From: Pseudomonadota bacterium
GTDB taxonomy: Bacteria > Bdellovibrionota > Bdellovibrionia > Bdellovibrionales > JACTMU01
Direction of reading: 5' to 3'
DNA length: 64,000 nt
Assembly: GCA_014584465.1 (NCBI GenBank)
Contig: JACTMU010000012.1
Coordinates: 95,333-159,332 of the forward strand
Made by a program: the position numbers and the translations under genes. Below, one piece after another: positions 17,146-26,879 of the stretch (within the stretch, counting starts at the first letter, position 1; every line of letters begins with the position of its first letter). The notes beneath the pieces were generated by a model, which was not told the DNA's origin, made no database searches, and saw only the letters and a program-made list of their open reading frames with translations.

Positions 17146-17774
17146 CACTTCCCCTTCTTTTTCGAGTATGCAAGGCAAAGCTCTCTCACGCTCTCAAGGC
17201 TTGTAAGGGACGATTTGACCTGTCTCTGAAAATAGTTGTAGGCGATGACTGCCGGGATAGCTACAAGAAGGCCCACTGCAGTGGCGACGAGGGCCTCTGC
17301 GATGCCGGCCATGACGACACGATTGTCCGCGGCTTGGCTGACGCTGAGATCGTTGAAGGCCTTCATGATTCCCAGAACCGTTCCCAAAAGCCCAATAAAC
17401 GGAGCATTTGATCCTACAGTTGCAAGAAAGTTGAGGTACCGTTCGAGGGGTGGTTTCTCTGTAAGAGCAAAGGAGGTAAGAAACTCTGAGAGTCCTTCAG
17501 AACCATTCTCCTCGATGTGCCGTAATCCGTACGCCAAAGCTTGACCCTCAAGTGAATCGCGATCTCGACTCAAATCTTCAATCTCTTTCAAGGAGTTGGA
17601 CCTGATGAGACTTTGGAGACGGACACGCATACTTTCACTCTGACGTTTTACGGTTCGAAGAGCAAAAAAGCGCTCAAGGATAATGCCAATGCTAAGGATA
17701 CTGAGAGCCAATAGAAACCAGAGGACAACCTCTGCGCCATTTTGGGCAACGGCAAAAATCTTCTCTGTCAACAT
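17145..17774 (-). CDS. exbB: ExbB/TolQ (MotA/TolQ/ExbB proton channel family)
   Basis: I trimmed it to ATG 17774 (MLTEKIF...). 'APFIGLLGTVLGIMKAF...IAEALVATAVGLLVAIPAVIAYNYF' is the family signature. Confidence 0.85.
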   Translation of the reverse strand: MLTEKIFAVAQNGAEVVLWFLLALSILSIGIILERFFALRTVKRQSESMRVRLQSLIRSNSLKEIEDLSRDRDSLEGQALAYGLRHIEENGSEGLSEFLTSFALTEKPPLERYLNFLATVGSNAPFIGLLGTVLGIMKAFNDLSVSQAADNRVVMAGIAEALVATAVGLLVAIPAVIAYNYFQRQVKSSLTSLESVRELCLAYSKKKGK

Positions 17775-17946
17775 GTCACACTCCTCAAGATCTCTCGGTT
17801 CAGTATGATTATCGCTATGATCCCACCCAATGGTCAACCCAGGAGTGGTGGTTTCACCATTCAGTCCCGAAGGTAATGAAATGACGCTTGGTCCAGGTCC
17901 GGTTGTTCTTGCATCGCGCAGGACTCCTTTGGCAAAATCATCTTTC

Positions 17947-19764
17947 ATGAAAAGAATTGTTACCTCGATTTTGTCGCTCATCCTTGTCTGTTGCAAAAGT
18001 GGACATGAGGAGCGCCCATCTGTTTTGGTGATCGCCGTTGATATGCTTCCTCTCTCTTCGATCGCGTGTGAAACTGAGTCACAGGGGCAAAACAAAAGAT
18101 CAGGATTTCAGGTCTTTTGTCAGGACTCAGTTCGATTCACTCATGCCTACACGACCTCAACGATGTCCCAATCTGCATTGACCTCCATACTTACGTCGAG
18201 ATATCCACATGAACATGGTGTGTGGCACAATGGGAATCAATTTCTACCGTCGCAGGTCGAAACCGTTACAGAGGTGGCAACAAAGAGCGGATATCGAACA
18301 CTCTTTTTTTCCGGAGGACCTCCTATTTGGCGCAAGTCCGGGCTAAGTCAGGGCTTTGAAACTTTTGACGATAACATTTCTGTGAGCACCGCACTCTACT
18401 ATCGTCCAGTTCTGGAGACATTTGATCTTTTCCTAGATAGCCTCCGCAAAGGTGTGTCCAAGGATGTTCCGTTTTTTTCTCTGATCACCGTTCCAGATCT
18501 TCAATTTTCTCATTTTCCGACGAAGGACAACTTTGGAATTCAACGCCCAAGATCTTACCAGGGGCAATTGGATGAACTCGATGAATCACTTTACTATCTG
18601 ATTGAGGAGCTCAAGCAGTCGGATTACTGGAACTCTTCGTATGTTATCTTGACGGGTTTAACAGGTCGACCAAGTCAGGACAGTCCTGGCGATCTGACGG
18701 GATACAATCTCTTTGCAGACAACACGCTCATCTCCTTGTACATTAAACCTCCGCGCAAAAAACGAGATCTGGGCTTACAGTGGAAGATCGATAAGAACGT
18801 GAGCTTGGTGGATCTTGGTGCAACACTGTTTGACATTGTGGAGGCTCCTGTTCCTAAGCCTCCATCAAGGAGCATTGCCGTCGTATCTCTGCTACCTTCT
18901 GTTCTAAAGATGGAAACGGATTGGGATGAGTCTCGTCTCATTGTCATTGAATCGGCATGGGCGCAATGGCACCAAATTGGAGGGAGTCGATTTGCCGTAA
19001 GAAAGAACAACCTCCTGTTTCTCTGTGATCAAGATATGAAAGCCTACAATACGCTCATAGATCGCCTCGAGCTCAACCCGCTTTCACTTCAGGATCCATA
19101 CATTCGCCAAAATCTAGATGAGGTTCAATTCTTTCTTGACGAGAAGGGGTTTATCAAGTGGAAAGCGATATCAGATGTCACAGTGGACAAAGTGGTTCTC
19201 GGAGCATCGCTTTTTGATGAGACGGATGGACATGCAGCCATCATCAAAGAGATCCGATTGCTTCTAAAGAAAATGCCGTGGGATTCAGACCTCCTGAACT
19301 GGTGGGCCTATTTGGCGATCAAAAACAGAGATTGGAAGTCCCTTCGAGAAGTTGGTGAAATGGCCGCAAGGCCGATATGGACCTATGTTGCTCGACGAAA
19401 CCTCGGTGAAGAGCATGCCAAAATGCCAATGGATGCCTGTCTCAAGCTTCTCAATCGTAAAGTGCCTCGTCTGTCGAACATAGAAACAAAACAGTGCTCA
19501 GATCGTCTATTTTTAGATTTTGTAACATGGATCAAGCAAGATCCAAATAGCGATCAGGAGGTTCGATATCAGGAGGATTTCATAAAGTCCTATTCTGATC
19601 ATCTTATCACAAAGAACCTATCGCTGCTCAATCTCTCCTTAAATTTAATGTGGGACATCCCACTGGATTCATTTTATCCTACACGAACAGAAATGGTCTT
19701 AAATCTTCCTCGTTTCAAAAAATATCGCCGAATTATAGACAAGAGGATACAAAGCACGTTCTGA
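17947..19764 (+). CDS. sulfatase/alkaline-phosphatase-superfamily lipoprotein
   Basis: I start it at ATG 17947 (MKRIVTSILSLILVCC...). 'VLVIAVDML' and 'YTTSTMSQSALTSILTSRYPHEHG' are sulfatase-like N-domain motifs. The C-terminal ~300 aa are unrecognised. Confidence 0.6.
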   Translation: MKRIVTSILSLILVCCKSGHEERPSVLVIAVDMLPLSSIACETESQGQNKRSGFQVFCQDSVRFTHAYTTSTMSQSALTSILTSRYPHEHGVWHNGNQFLPSQVETVTEVATKSGYRTLFFSGGPPIWRKSGLSQGFETFDDNISVSTALYYRPVLETFDLFLDSLRKGVSKDVPFFSLITVPDLQFSHFPTKDNFGIQRPRSYQGQLDELDESLYYLIEELKQSDYWNSSYVILTGLTGRPSQDSPGDLTGYNLFADNTLISLYIKPPRKKRDLGLQWKIDKNVSLVDLGATLFDIVEAPVPKPPSRSIAVVSLLPSVLKMETDWDESRLIVIESAWAQWHQIGGSRFAVRKNNLLFLCDQDMKAYNTLIDRLELNPLSLQDPYIRQNLDEVQFFLDEKGFIKWKAISDVTVDKVVLGASLFDETDGHAAIIKEIRLLLKKMPWDSDLLNWWAYLAIKNRDWKSLREVGEMAARPIWTYVARRNLGEEHAKMPMDACLKLLNRKVPRLSNIETKQCSDRLFLDFVTWIKQDPNSDQEVRYQEDFIKSYSDHLITKNLSLLNLSLNLMWDIPLDSFYPTRTEMVLNLPRFKKYRRIIDKRIQSTF

Positions 19765-19803
19765 TTGTATCTGCGGGTAGAATTGTACGGATGGGCGACA
19801 CTT

Positions 19804-20472
19804 CTAGAACTCGATAAGGCCGAGCCAAAATGGGAGATCTGCATCATCAGAAGAGAGCACTTGGCTTATGGAATCAAGGTTTCCTGGGCAGTTGAAAAAA
19901 GAGACGGGCACTGTGGAGCGGGAAAGTAGGGCAATCTTGTCGCTCTTGCGGGGGCGAAATGAGTTTAAGATAAGGTTTGCGGAGGTGTCGACGCCAATAA
20001 GATCGCGTGGAAGAGGTGGCAGGAGTTTCGTTTCAGAACTCAATTCAAGAGAGAAATCAATCGAGCTACCTAGAGGAACAGGCGTTGTGCAGTCTCGAAA
20101 CAAGAAAAGTTGCGGATGACCGACTTGAACCCACTGAAGTTCCTTCGAAACCAAGCTGCAGACAAAGAGTTCAAGACCCGAACGATACTCATGTGAGTTG
20201 ACTCTTTGATAGAGAGTTTCGTTTGCAAGCAGAACCGAAGTTCGAAGATTGTTGAGGGTTGTGTTAAGACAGGAGAGCTTCCCAAATGGTGAAGTAAGTT
20301 CTCCATCATCGTTGGCAGAAAGATAATAGTCAGCTATAATTTGGATTGCCTCGGTTGCGGTCTTTCTTAGACCCCAAGGTGTTGCGACAATGAGTAAGTT
20401 AGAGGAATCAAGAAAGATCTCCGGCCTCGGACGAAAAAAGACACCACCAAAAGATCGCTCTTGAATTTTCAT
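19804..20472 (-). CDS. degenerate PP2C/SpoIIE-like protein (tentative), last gene of the FHA operon
   Basis: 222 aa. 'LQWVQVGHPQLFLFRD' and 'LPPLPRDLIGVD...SDKIALLSRS' echo the SpoIIE-domain pattern, but I do not see the metal-binding Asp motifs. ATG 20472 overlaps the upstream TGA (ATGA). Confidence 0.35.
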   Translation of the reverse strand: MKIQERSFGGVFFRPRPEIFLDSSNLLIVATPWGLRKTATEAIQIIADYYLSANDDGELTSPFGKLSCLNTTLNNLRTSVLLANETLYQRVNSHEYRSGLELFVCSLVSKELQWVQVGHPQLFLFRDCTTPVPLGSSIDFSLELSSETKLLPPLPRDLIGVDTSANLILNSFRPRKSDKIALLSRSTVPVSFFNCPGNLDSISQVLSSDDADLPFWLGLIEF

Positions 20473-22406
20473 TTCACACCATAGAGGGAAAGTTTCTTCT
20501 TTGCCTTGTTGTAGTAGTCGCCAGTCTCTAGATCGAGGTCTTTGATTTTCTTCCAGATCGTCTTTGCTTCATCCACATTCCCGATGCTCTCCTGTAGAAT
20601 GCTGTCTTCGTAAAACTCCTTTAGAATAATATTGAGTTTTGATGAGGACTGACTTCGAATCTCGAGGGCCTTTTTTTGGTTAGAGTCAACTTTTAGAACG
20701 TCATCTGCTGCAATGATTGCTTCCTTAAGCTGTCCCTTCTCGAAATAGGATTGTGCAGAACTTAGACCTTCAGAAATGCGATTTTCCAAGAGAGAATCTA
20801 TTGAGGCAATATGGCGTTTAGCTCTTGCTTTGTATCCGCCTGCATCGGGAATCTGAGATCGAATGTATTTTGAAAATGCAGAGCGGGCCTCATGATACTT
20901 TTGTGCTTCGAGAAGATTCTCTGCTGATTGAAATTCACGTTTAGATTGAATGAGTTGTTCTTGGCGATTGCGTTCATTCATCTCTGCCAATCGAATCTTT
21001 TCAAGATTCATCTCAACCGTTTCTAGAATGTGGCTGGCTTCGATGTTTCCTGGATCTTTCTCAAGAACTAAAGAGAGACAGGATTCAATCTCCTCGAGGG
21101 ATCTAGTTGAGGAGGCCATTGACTTGCACTTGCTTAGGACTTCATTCATTTCGATACGCAACCGTTCCTGTTCTTCTTTAGCTCGAAGATTTTGTGTCTG
21201 GAGCTGTCGTATCTCAATGGCTCGATTGCAATGTCCTTCGATTTCCCTAGAATCCTTATAGGACGCAATCAGCTGATGTATTTTGTCAATTTCTGACTTT
21301 GCAAGTTCAAATTTGCCCTGGGTGAAAAGCTTCTTAGCAAGCGCATGTGTATCCATTACAATCAACTGATCTTTTGCACTGAGGCGATCAAATGGATCTT
21401 TACTATCTTTGGCGATTTCTTTCTTTGGATTGGGTTCATTGAAAATTTGGTAGACAATGACACCAATAATCAAAACAATGACCAATGTGAGAACTCTGTC
21501 TTTTGCCCCTTTCTTTGTCTTTCGATGGCGAGGAGATGGGTAAGGAGCAATGGAATCATGTCTTACATTGGGGTATTCAATCCCCATGTTTGATGCTGAG
21601 TAAAAATCTTGTTGAGATTGGGCCAGCTGGTTGGATTGAGGGATGATCAACTGGTTGGCTGGAAGTTCAACTCGAGAATCAAAATTTAGATCTTTGATCT
21701 CAAATGAAAAAACATTGTCCAGTGTGGAGATCGTATCACCACTGGACATTCGAATGAGCTCATTAGGTTCGATCTTTGTTCCATTGAGATTTGTTCCATT
21801 GGAGCTTTCAAGGTCTTTTATATAATATTCTTCATTGACCTTGGATATTTCAAATTGCCGACGACTGATGCGATTGTCAGGGACTACAAGATCACAGTTT
21901 TTGTCACGTCCTACGGTCCATTGAGTTCCCTCAAGACGAATCGATCGTGAGGAAGATAGTTGAGGTGACGAGAGAGTCAATGTTGCCTGAAAAGCACGTG
22001 TTTGAATCGCAGTAAATTGATCAAGATCTTCAGCTGAGATGGGTTCTTGCTTGTTTTGAAAAGATTCTTGGTCTAAGGGAACAATTCCCACACTCTGGTG
22101 TGACACAGAAGGTTCCTCCTGAAAGAATTGAAACGAATAGGGAGGAATCGAGAAAATAAGTTCATGATCCAGATTTATGGACTCGATCCTTTCATTCTTA
22201 TGTTCGAGCGTGCCCAACTTTGAGGTCAATTCTGCAACCCAAAATGGATGGACAAAGTGAAGCTTTAAGTGTTGTCGTGAAATTCCAGGATAGTCCTTTA
22301 ATACGACATCACAGGCTTGACTTCGGCCAAAGAGATACTCCTTGTTTGGGTCGAGATCAATTTTGTGAACTGTCTCGCCATTGAGTAAGATGACAAGCGC
22401 GGCCAC
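20469..22406 (-). CDS. double-FHA-domain membrane protein with TPR/coiled-coil C-terminal region
   Basis: 645 aa with a GTG start. FHA1 is 'YLFGRSQACDVVLKDYPGISRQHLKL'. FHA2 is 'WTVGRDKNCDLVVPDNRISRRQFEI...SSNGTNLNGTKI'. The TM segment is 'VLTLVIVLIIGVIVYQIF'. Confidence 0.8.
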   Translation of the reverse strand: MAALVILLNGETVHKIDLDPNKEYLFGRSQACDVVLKDYPGISRQHLKLHFVHPFWVAELTSKLGTLEHKNERIESINLDHELIFSIPPYSFQFFQEEPSVSHQSVGIVPLDQESFQNKQEPISAEDLDQFTAIQTRAFQATLTLSSPQLSSSRSIRLEGTQWTVGRDKNCDLVVPDNRISRRQFEISKVNEEYYIKDLESSNGTNLNGTKIEPNELIRMSSGDTISTLDNVFSFEIKDLNFDSRVELPANQLIIPQSNQLAQSQQDFYSASNMGIEYPNVRHDSIAPYPSPRHRKTKKGAKDRVLTLVIVLIIGVIVYQIFNEPNPKKEIAKDSKDPFDRLSAKDQLIVMDTHALAKKLFTQGKFELAKSEIDKIHQLIASYKDSREIEGHCNRAIEIRQLQTQNLRAKEEQERLRIEMNEVLSKCKSMASSTRSLEEIESCLSLVLEKDPGNIEASHILETVEMNLEKIRLAEMNERNRQEQLIQSKREFQSAENLLEAQKYHEARSAFSKYIRSQIPDAGGYKARAKRHIASIDSLLENRISEGLSSAQSYFEKGQLKEAIIAADDVLKVDSNQKKALEIRSQSSSKLNIILKEFYEDSILQESIGNVDEAKTIWKKIKDLDLETGDYYNKAKKKLSLYGVK

Positions 22407-23425
22407 TAGTATCCTCCTTCAAGTCGAAGTTCGCACTCAATCTTCATTTGATGCGCTTCTTGAAAGATGGCACTTTGTTGATCATGAACCATAACGAGAA
22501 CATTTCGTAAATATGAGATACAGAAGTCAAATTTGTTTTGGTCGTGATACTGTCGACCTCGAATCATGTAGTATTGTATGAGTTCGTCACGTTTTTGCTT
22601 TGCCTTTTTTCGATAGACCTCTGCCATCTGGTGCTGAGGATAAAGATTGAGACATGCAGTAAAGAGCTCAATGGACTCATCATAGGCTCCATTTTGATAG
22701 GCCCTAAACCCTTGAGTATAGAGTGCATTGGCATCAAAATATTGGCGTGTATTTTTTCCTGTGTGAGCACGCTGCTGTTTGATGAGATCGATTTGAGAGC
22801 GAGTTGCCTCAGTCTCCCCTTCTTGCTGCTGCAGTGTTCGAATTGGAACTTCAGTTTTTGGATTTGGATGAGATGTAAAGAGCCATCCGGCCAAAGCAAC
22901 AATTCCGAGCAGAAGGAAGTAAAAGGTCGCTGAACTCTTCTTTTTTCTGACACGGACTTTTGGTGGATTCTGTGAATGAAGATCCATGCCGGGCGTTGCT
23001 GAGAAGACTTGTGGAGGGGGCATTGGCGCAAAACCGGTTTCAGGAAGAGGACTGGGAGGAGTGTGAACCTGTGCCGATGGAAATGGAGCAGGAACTTGAG
23101 GAGAAGATTCAAGTCCAAACCGAAGTTCAGTATCGCCTATTTGAATGATGGAGCCTTCATTGAGAAGGGTCTTCTTCACTCTCTTTCCGTCCACAACAAG
23201 TGGTACCTTTTCACTTAAGTTTGAGATTGTAATTCGATTTTGCTCAAAGTTGATGCGCGCTTGGTTGCGACTGCATTTCTTATCATTAAGAACGATCTCG
23301 CACTCTTTGGCTCGACCAATCACGAGGGGCCGATCATTTGGAAGCATGAGTTTCGTTCCTCGATCAGGTCCATTGACAATGATGATGTTGGGTTGAAGTT
23401 GAGCAAGGGTGAGGGCGTGACTCAT
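22406..23425 (-). CDS. FHA-domain membrane protein with Pro-rich linker and TPR-like C-terminus
   Basis: 339 aa. FHA is 'LVIGRAKECEIVLNDKKCSRNQARINF'. The TM segment is 'FYFLLLGIVALAGWLF'. Confidence 0.8.
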   Translation of the reverse strand: MSHALTLAQLQPNIIIVNGPDRGTKLMLPNDRPLVIGRAKECEIVLNDKKCSRNQARINFEQNRITISNLSEKVPLVVDGKRVKKTLLNEGSIIQIGDTELRFGLESSPQVPAPFPSAQVHTPPSPLPETGFAPMPPPQVFSATPGMDLHSQNPPKVRVRKKKSSATFYFLLLGIVALAGWLFTSHPNPKTEVPIRTLQQQEGETEATRSQIDLIKQQRAHTGKNTRQYFDANALYTQGFRAYQNGAYDESIELFTACLNLYPQHQMAEVYRKKAKQKRDELIQYYMIRGRQYHDQNKFDFCISYLRNVLVMVHDQQSAIFQEAHQMKIECELRLEGGY

Positions 23426-25014
23426 GAATACCCTCCAGCGACATCTTCAGCTGGATGAATCGTGATGATATAGTATGCAACACTGTGGTCACCAAATATG
23501 GCGTGAGCAAATATTTCATAGTTTGAGCCACTAAAATCTATAGAGTCAGAGGCTATCCCAGATGATTGTGACTCCAGGTAGAGGAGAAGATCAGAAACAT
23601 TTTGTTGCAAAGCCTGATCTGGCAAATCTTGGATGGTCATATTCACGAGCGATTGGGCGTTGATTCCCGTTATGGCCTCAAAGAGACTGTTGGCCCCAAT
23701 GATGGTTTGATCATTTGGAGAGATGGCAAGGGCGGCAGCTCCTAGAATTTGGAGAAGATTTTGGGCTTCAGCTCGCCGGTCATGGACCGCTGTAAGTGGC
23801 ATCTCATCTTGAGTTGGGCCTTGAGCCATTCGAGAAAGCGCTGTATTGATGTTGGAAATCAGGTTTTGAAGAGGAGCAAATTGAAACTTCATGGTGATCG
23901 TTTCTGTTTTATTTTTGAGCGCAGAATCCACATGACGATTGAGGCGAACGAAGGGATATTCAATCAATCGATAGAGAAAGTAGTGGGCCAAAAGCGCAAC
24001 GAGAACTGCCATGAACAAGGTTTGAAAAAAGAGACTCATCGTTCGCCCATCATCGATGGCAAGCGAACCCATGTCGTAGATGACAATCGCATAGGCAGCC
24101 ACCTCCTGAGTCTGACGCTCAGGACTGTAATAGGTGATGGGAACTGAGGCCCCGATGGTCGAATCATCAATTTGATCGACATAAACAACATCTTTTCGTC
24201 GTGCTTGAGCAATAAAGGGTTCGCTTGGAAAGGTTCCAGCAAGACGTGACGGAGCCAGCACACTTCCGTCTGCATTGGAAAGAATATAGAGGGATTTTAC
24301 TCCCTCTTCCATCTGTGCTTCTTGAGTGGTTAATGAGGAATCCAACTTTTGGAGTACAGCCCGTTCATTTCTTTCCGCCAGATTGGTCGCTATGGTGAGA
24401 GATCGTCTGCGGCTTTCAACTTCAATGCTGTTCTTTGAAATTCGAATCATTGGAATGACCGAGAGAGTTGAGACGCATACAACTAGAGCGAGTATGATGC
24501 CAAGAACCACATATTTGAGTTCCACAAGATCTGCAAGTTTGTAGACCCCTGGGAGCATAACACGCTCTACGTAGTATCTGAAAAACTTTGGAAGATCATG
24601 GATGGCCTGAATGCGAGGAGCTACATTTGGATTTTCAGAAGGCGAGGATGATGTCATCGATGTAGAAGGATGCGCATGAAGTTGATGAACAGAAGCAAGT
24701 GGTGGCGGTGTCTGAAGTGTTGCAATTGAGTGACGAATAAGGTCGAACATCTTGTCTCCGAGAGAGAAGCGATCTCCCTCCTTGAGAAGTTTGGAACGAA
24801 TCTTGGTTCCATTGACAAAAGTTCCATTGGTTGAGTTTCGATCGACAAGCACAACGCCTTTGGGTGAAGTTTCGATTTGGGCATGCGTCTTGGAGATTCC
24901 TGTTTCGTTGAAATGAAGGGTGCAGTTTTGGGCTCTGCCAATTGTGAGAGTGCCTGGTTTGAGCGGAATGATCTGTCCTCGTTGTTCACCTGAAAGGATT
25001 CTAATGGCCCACAT
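23422..25014 (-). CDS. FHA-domain transmembrane sensor with C-terminal PAS-like domain
   Basis: I start it at ATG 25014 (MWAIRILSGEQRGQ...). FHA is 'TIGRAQNCTLHFNETGISKTHAQI...STNGTFVNGTKI'. It has two hydrophobic segments flanking ~150 aa, and a PAS-like C-terminus. I see no enzymatic output domain. Confidence 0.7.
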   Translation of the reverse strand: MWAIRILSGEQRGQIIPLKPGTLTIGRAQNCTLHFNETGISKTHAQIETSPKGVVLVDRNSTNGTFVNGTKIRSKLLKEGDRFSLGDKMFDLIRHSIATLQTPPPLASVHQLHAHPSTSMTSSSPSENPNVAPRIQAIHDLPKFFRYYVERVMLPGVYKLADLVELKYVVLGIILALVVCVSTLSVIPMIRISKNSIEVESRRRSLTIATNLAERNERAVLQKLDSSLTTQEAQMEEGVKSLYILSNADGSVLAPSRLAGTFPSEPFIAQARRKDVVYVDQIDDSTIGASVPITYYSPERQTQEVAAYAIVIYDMGSLAIDDGRTMSLFFQTLFMAVLVALLAHYFLYRLIEYPFVRLNRHVDSALKNKTETITMKFQFAPLQNLISNINTALSRMAQGPTQDEMPLTAVHDRRAEAQNLLQILGAAALAISPNDQTIIGANSLFEAITGINAQSLVNMTIQDLPDQALQQNVSDLLLYLESQSSGIASDSIDFSGSNYEIFAHAIFGDHSVAYYIITIHPAEDVAGGYS

Positions 25015-25345
25015 AGAGCTGATCTCCTTTGCAGGTAGGAACACGCTTAAGAGTGCCACCAGGAAGTTCGAAGACAGACCTGGCTCTGAACAAAATGCGA
25101 GTCATGCGCCATGGCCTGATGTTTTCATAGGCTCGAACCACGATGAGATTTTCGTCAACAAATAGGGCATCAATTGCAAATTTCATAAAGCATGTATGGA
25201 TGCTGTTGCACTGAGAAATCCAAAGAGCGCTTTGGTCTCTCATATTTGACGTGCCAAGGAGCCCTTTCAGCCTGGAGTAGAAGGTCGAGGCCATGGTCAC
25301 GTTTTCTGCAAGAACTCTGTTTGTTGAGACGTTTGTAAGTTTCAT
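25001..25345 (-). CDS. DUF192 (COG1430) protein
   Basis: 114 aa. 'RLKGLLG...IHTCFMKFAIDALFVD...VFELPGGT' matches the DUF192 pattern as I recall it. Confidence 0.65.
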   Translation of the reverse strand: MKLTNVSTNRVLAENVTMASTFYSRLKGLLGTSNMRDQSALWISQCNSIHTCFMKFAIDALFVDENLIVVRAYENIRPWRMTRILFRARSVFELPGGTLKRVPTCKGDQLYVGH

Positions 25346-26268
25346 TATGGAGTTTTACCTCCGTAAAAGAATTGCAGAATCACAGGACCAAAGACCATGA
25401 TGAACACGGCGGGTATAATGAAAATCATGAGAGGAATTAGAATCATTTGCGAAGCTCGAGCCCCTGCTTTTTCTGCTCGTACAAATCGGTTCAGACGCAT
25501 TTGGATGCTTTGATCTTTAAGGACACCGGCAATGCCTGCTCCGGTGGCGTCGGCATCAATGAGCATTGTGACAAAACTTTGAATTTCTGTCATATCAAGG
25601 CGATGGGCAAGGGCAAGAAGGGCATCTTTTCGAGAGCTACCGAGCTTGAGATCCTTGAGGACCACGCTGAATTCATCTGCGAGTACACTCTCTTCGGCCT
25701 TATCGACGATCCTTTGAATGGAGCCAATGAAATCCAGTCCAGCCTCAGTTGATAAGGCAAGAAGGTCAATGAAAAATGGGAGGTCGATCTGCACCGAAAG
25801 CATTCTCTTTTTGCGTTGGGCTTTTGCATGCCATTTAGGCAACTGAAAACCAAGGAGTCCAACGACAAAGACAAGGGGCCAGGGATAGCCAAGCTCGAGG
25901 GCAAAATTGAGGATGAGCAGTACGATAGGAAAGATCACGCCCCAAAGGATCTGTAACCCTATGAACTCATCAACGTTGAGCTCACTGCCCAGTCCTGAAG
26001 TTAAGATCAGATGGTTGAGGCGTTCACGGTATTTGGGATTTTTGATGCGTGCTGCATGTTGAATTGTAAAGTTGTGAACAAGGGGACGGGAGAGCTCAAT
26101 GAGTTTGGATTTCGAGCGCACCGGTTCATTGCCGCTCGCCCAAGAGAGTGCTTTCACCTCTTGGTTTTCACGAAAGACGGTCGAGATGAAGATGTAGATC
26201 GCAAAACCCGCAAGCAGCAGTCCTGCAATAAGTAAGAAAAAGTCACTTCCCATTTGGATAGACTCCAT
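25345..26268 (-). CDS. tadC: type II secretion system F-family protein (TadB/TadC-like pilus platform protein)
   Basis: 307 aa. The T2SSF domain is 'LPFFIDLLALSTEAGLDFIGSIQRIV...LGSSRKDALLALAHRL...GVLKDQS...R...AEKAGARASQMILIPLMIFIIPAVF'. Confidence 0.8.
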   Translation of the reverse strand: MESIQMGSDFFLLIAGLLLAGFAIYIFISTVFRENQEVKALSWASGNEPVRSKSKLIELSRPLVHNFTIQHAARIKNPKYRERLNHLILTSGLGSELNVDEFIGLQILWGVIFPIVLLILNFALELGYPWPLVFVVGLLGFQLPKWHAKAQRKKRMLSVQIDLPFFIDLLALSTEAGLDFIGSIQRIVDKAEESVLADEFSVVLKDLKLGSSRKDALLALAHRLDMTEIQSFVTMLIDADATGAGIAGVLKDQSIQMRLNRFVRAEKAGARASQMILIPLMIFIIPAVFIMVFGPVILQFFYGGKTP

Positions 26269-26282
26269 GGTTTATTACATCT

Positions 26283-26879
26283 ATGAGTCGTCTCATTTTG
26301 GCCTCAAAGTCACCGCGTCGAAAGGAGATTCTTGAAAAAGCAGGAATCTCCTTTCAGGTTTCCTACGTAGAAGTATCGGAAATTCCTAATGAAAACCTGA
26401 GTTTAATTGAACAGATCAGAGAAATCGCAGGACGTAAGGCGAGGGCTCTCGTGGACCAGGGTAAAGTGCTGAAAGGACAAGGGAATTGGGTTCTTTCAGC
26501 AGACACTTTGGTGATCGTTGAGGGTTGCGTTCTGGGTAAGCCTCGGTCTCAAAATGAGGCAGTGGCGTTTTTGCGAAGACTCTCCGGGAAAACCCACCAG
26601 GTCATCACGGCCCTTTGTCTGTGGGACGTTGATCAAGGAGAGCCAATGTTGACGGAAGAGACTGCAACTGTGACTTTTCGGCAGCTCTCAGAAGATGAGA
26701 TCACTGAGTATGTGACAACAGGTGATCCTATGGACAAAGCCGGGGCCTACGGGATTCAAGGGAAAGCTGCCCAATTTGTAAGCTCCATTGAGGGATCTGT
26801 TGAAAACGTGATGGGATTACCGATTGAATTGGTCAAGAGACTTCTGAGGGAACATGGTTGGCAAGGATCAGATAGATAA
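26283..26879 (+). CDS. maf: Maf-like nucleoside triphosphate pyrophosphatase
   Basis: 198 aa. 'LILASKSPRRKEILE' and 'DKAGAYGIQG' are Maf signatures. Confidence 0.9.
   Translation: MSRLILASKSPRRKEILEKAGISFQVSYVEVSEIPNENLSLIEQIREIAGRKARALVDQGKVLKGQGNWVLSADTLVIVEGCVLGKPRSQNEAVAFLRRLSGKTHQVITALCLWDVDQGEPMLTEETATVTFRQLSEDEITEYVTTGDPMDKAGAYGIQGKAAQFVSSIEGSVENVMGLPIELVKRLLREHGWQGSDR

Noticed and set aside
22564-23118. A 184-aa alternative-frame ORF within the FHA gene at 22406..23425.
   Set aside because: It is on the same strand but out of frame with a gene that has a clear FHA domain and overlapping operon junctions. Its composition is low-complexity.
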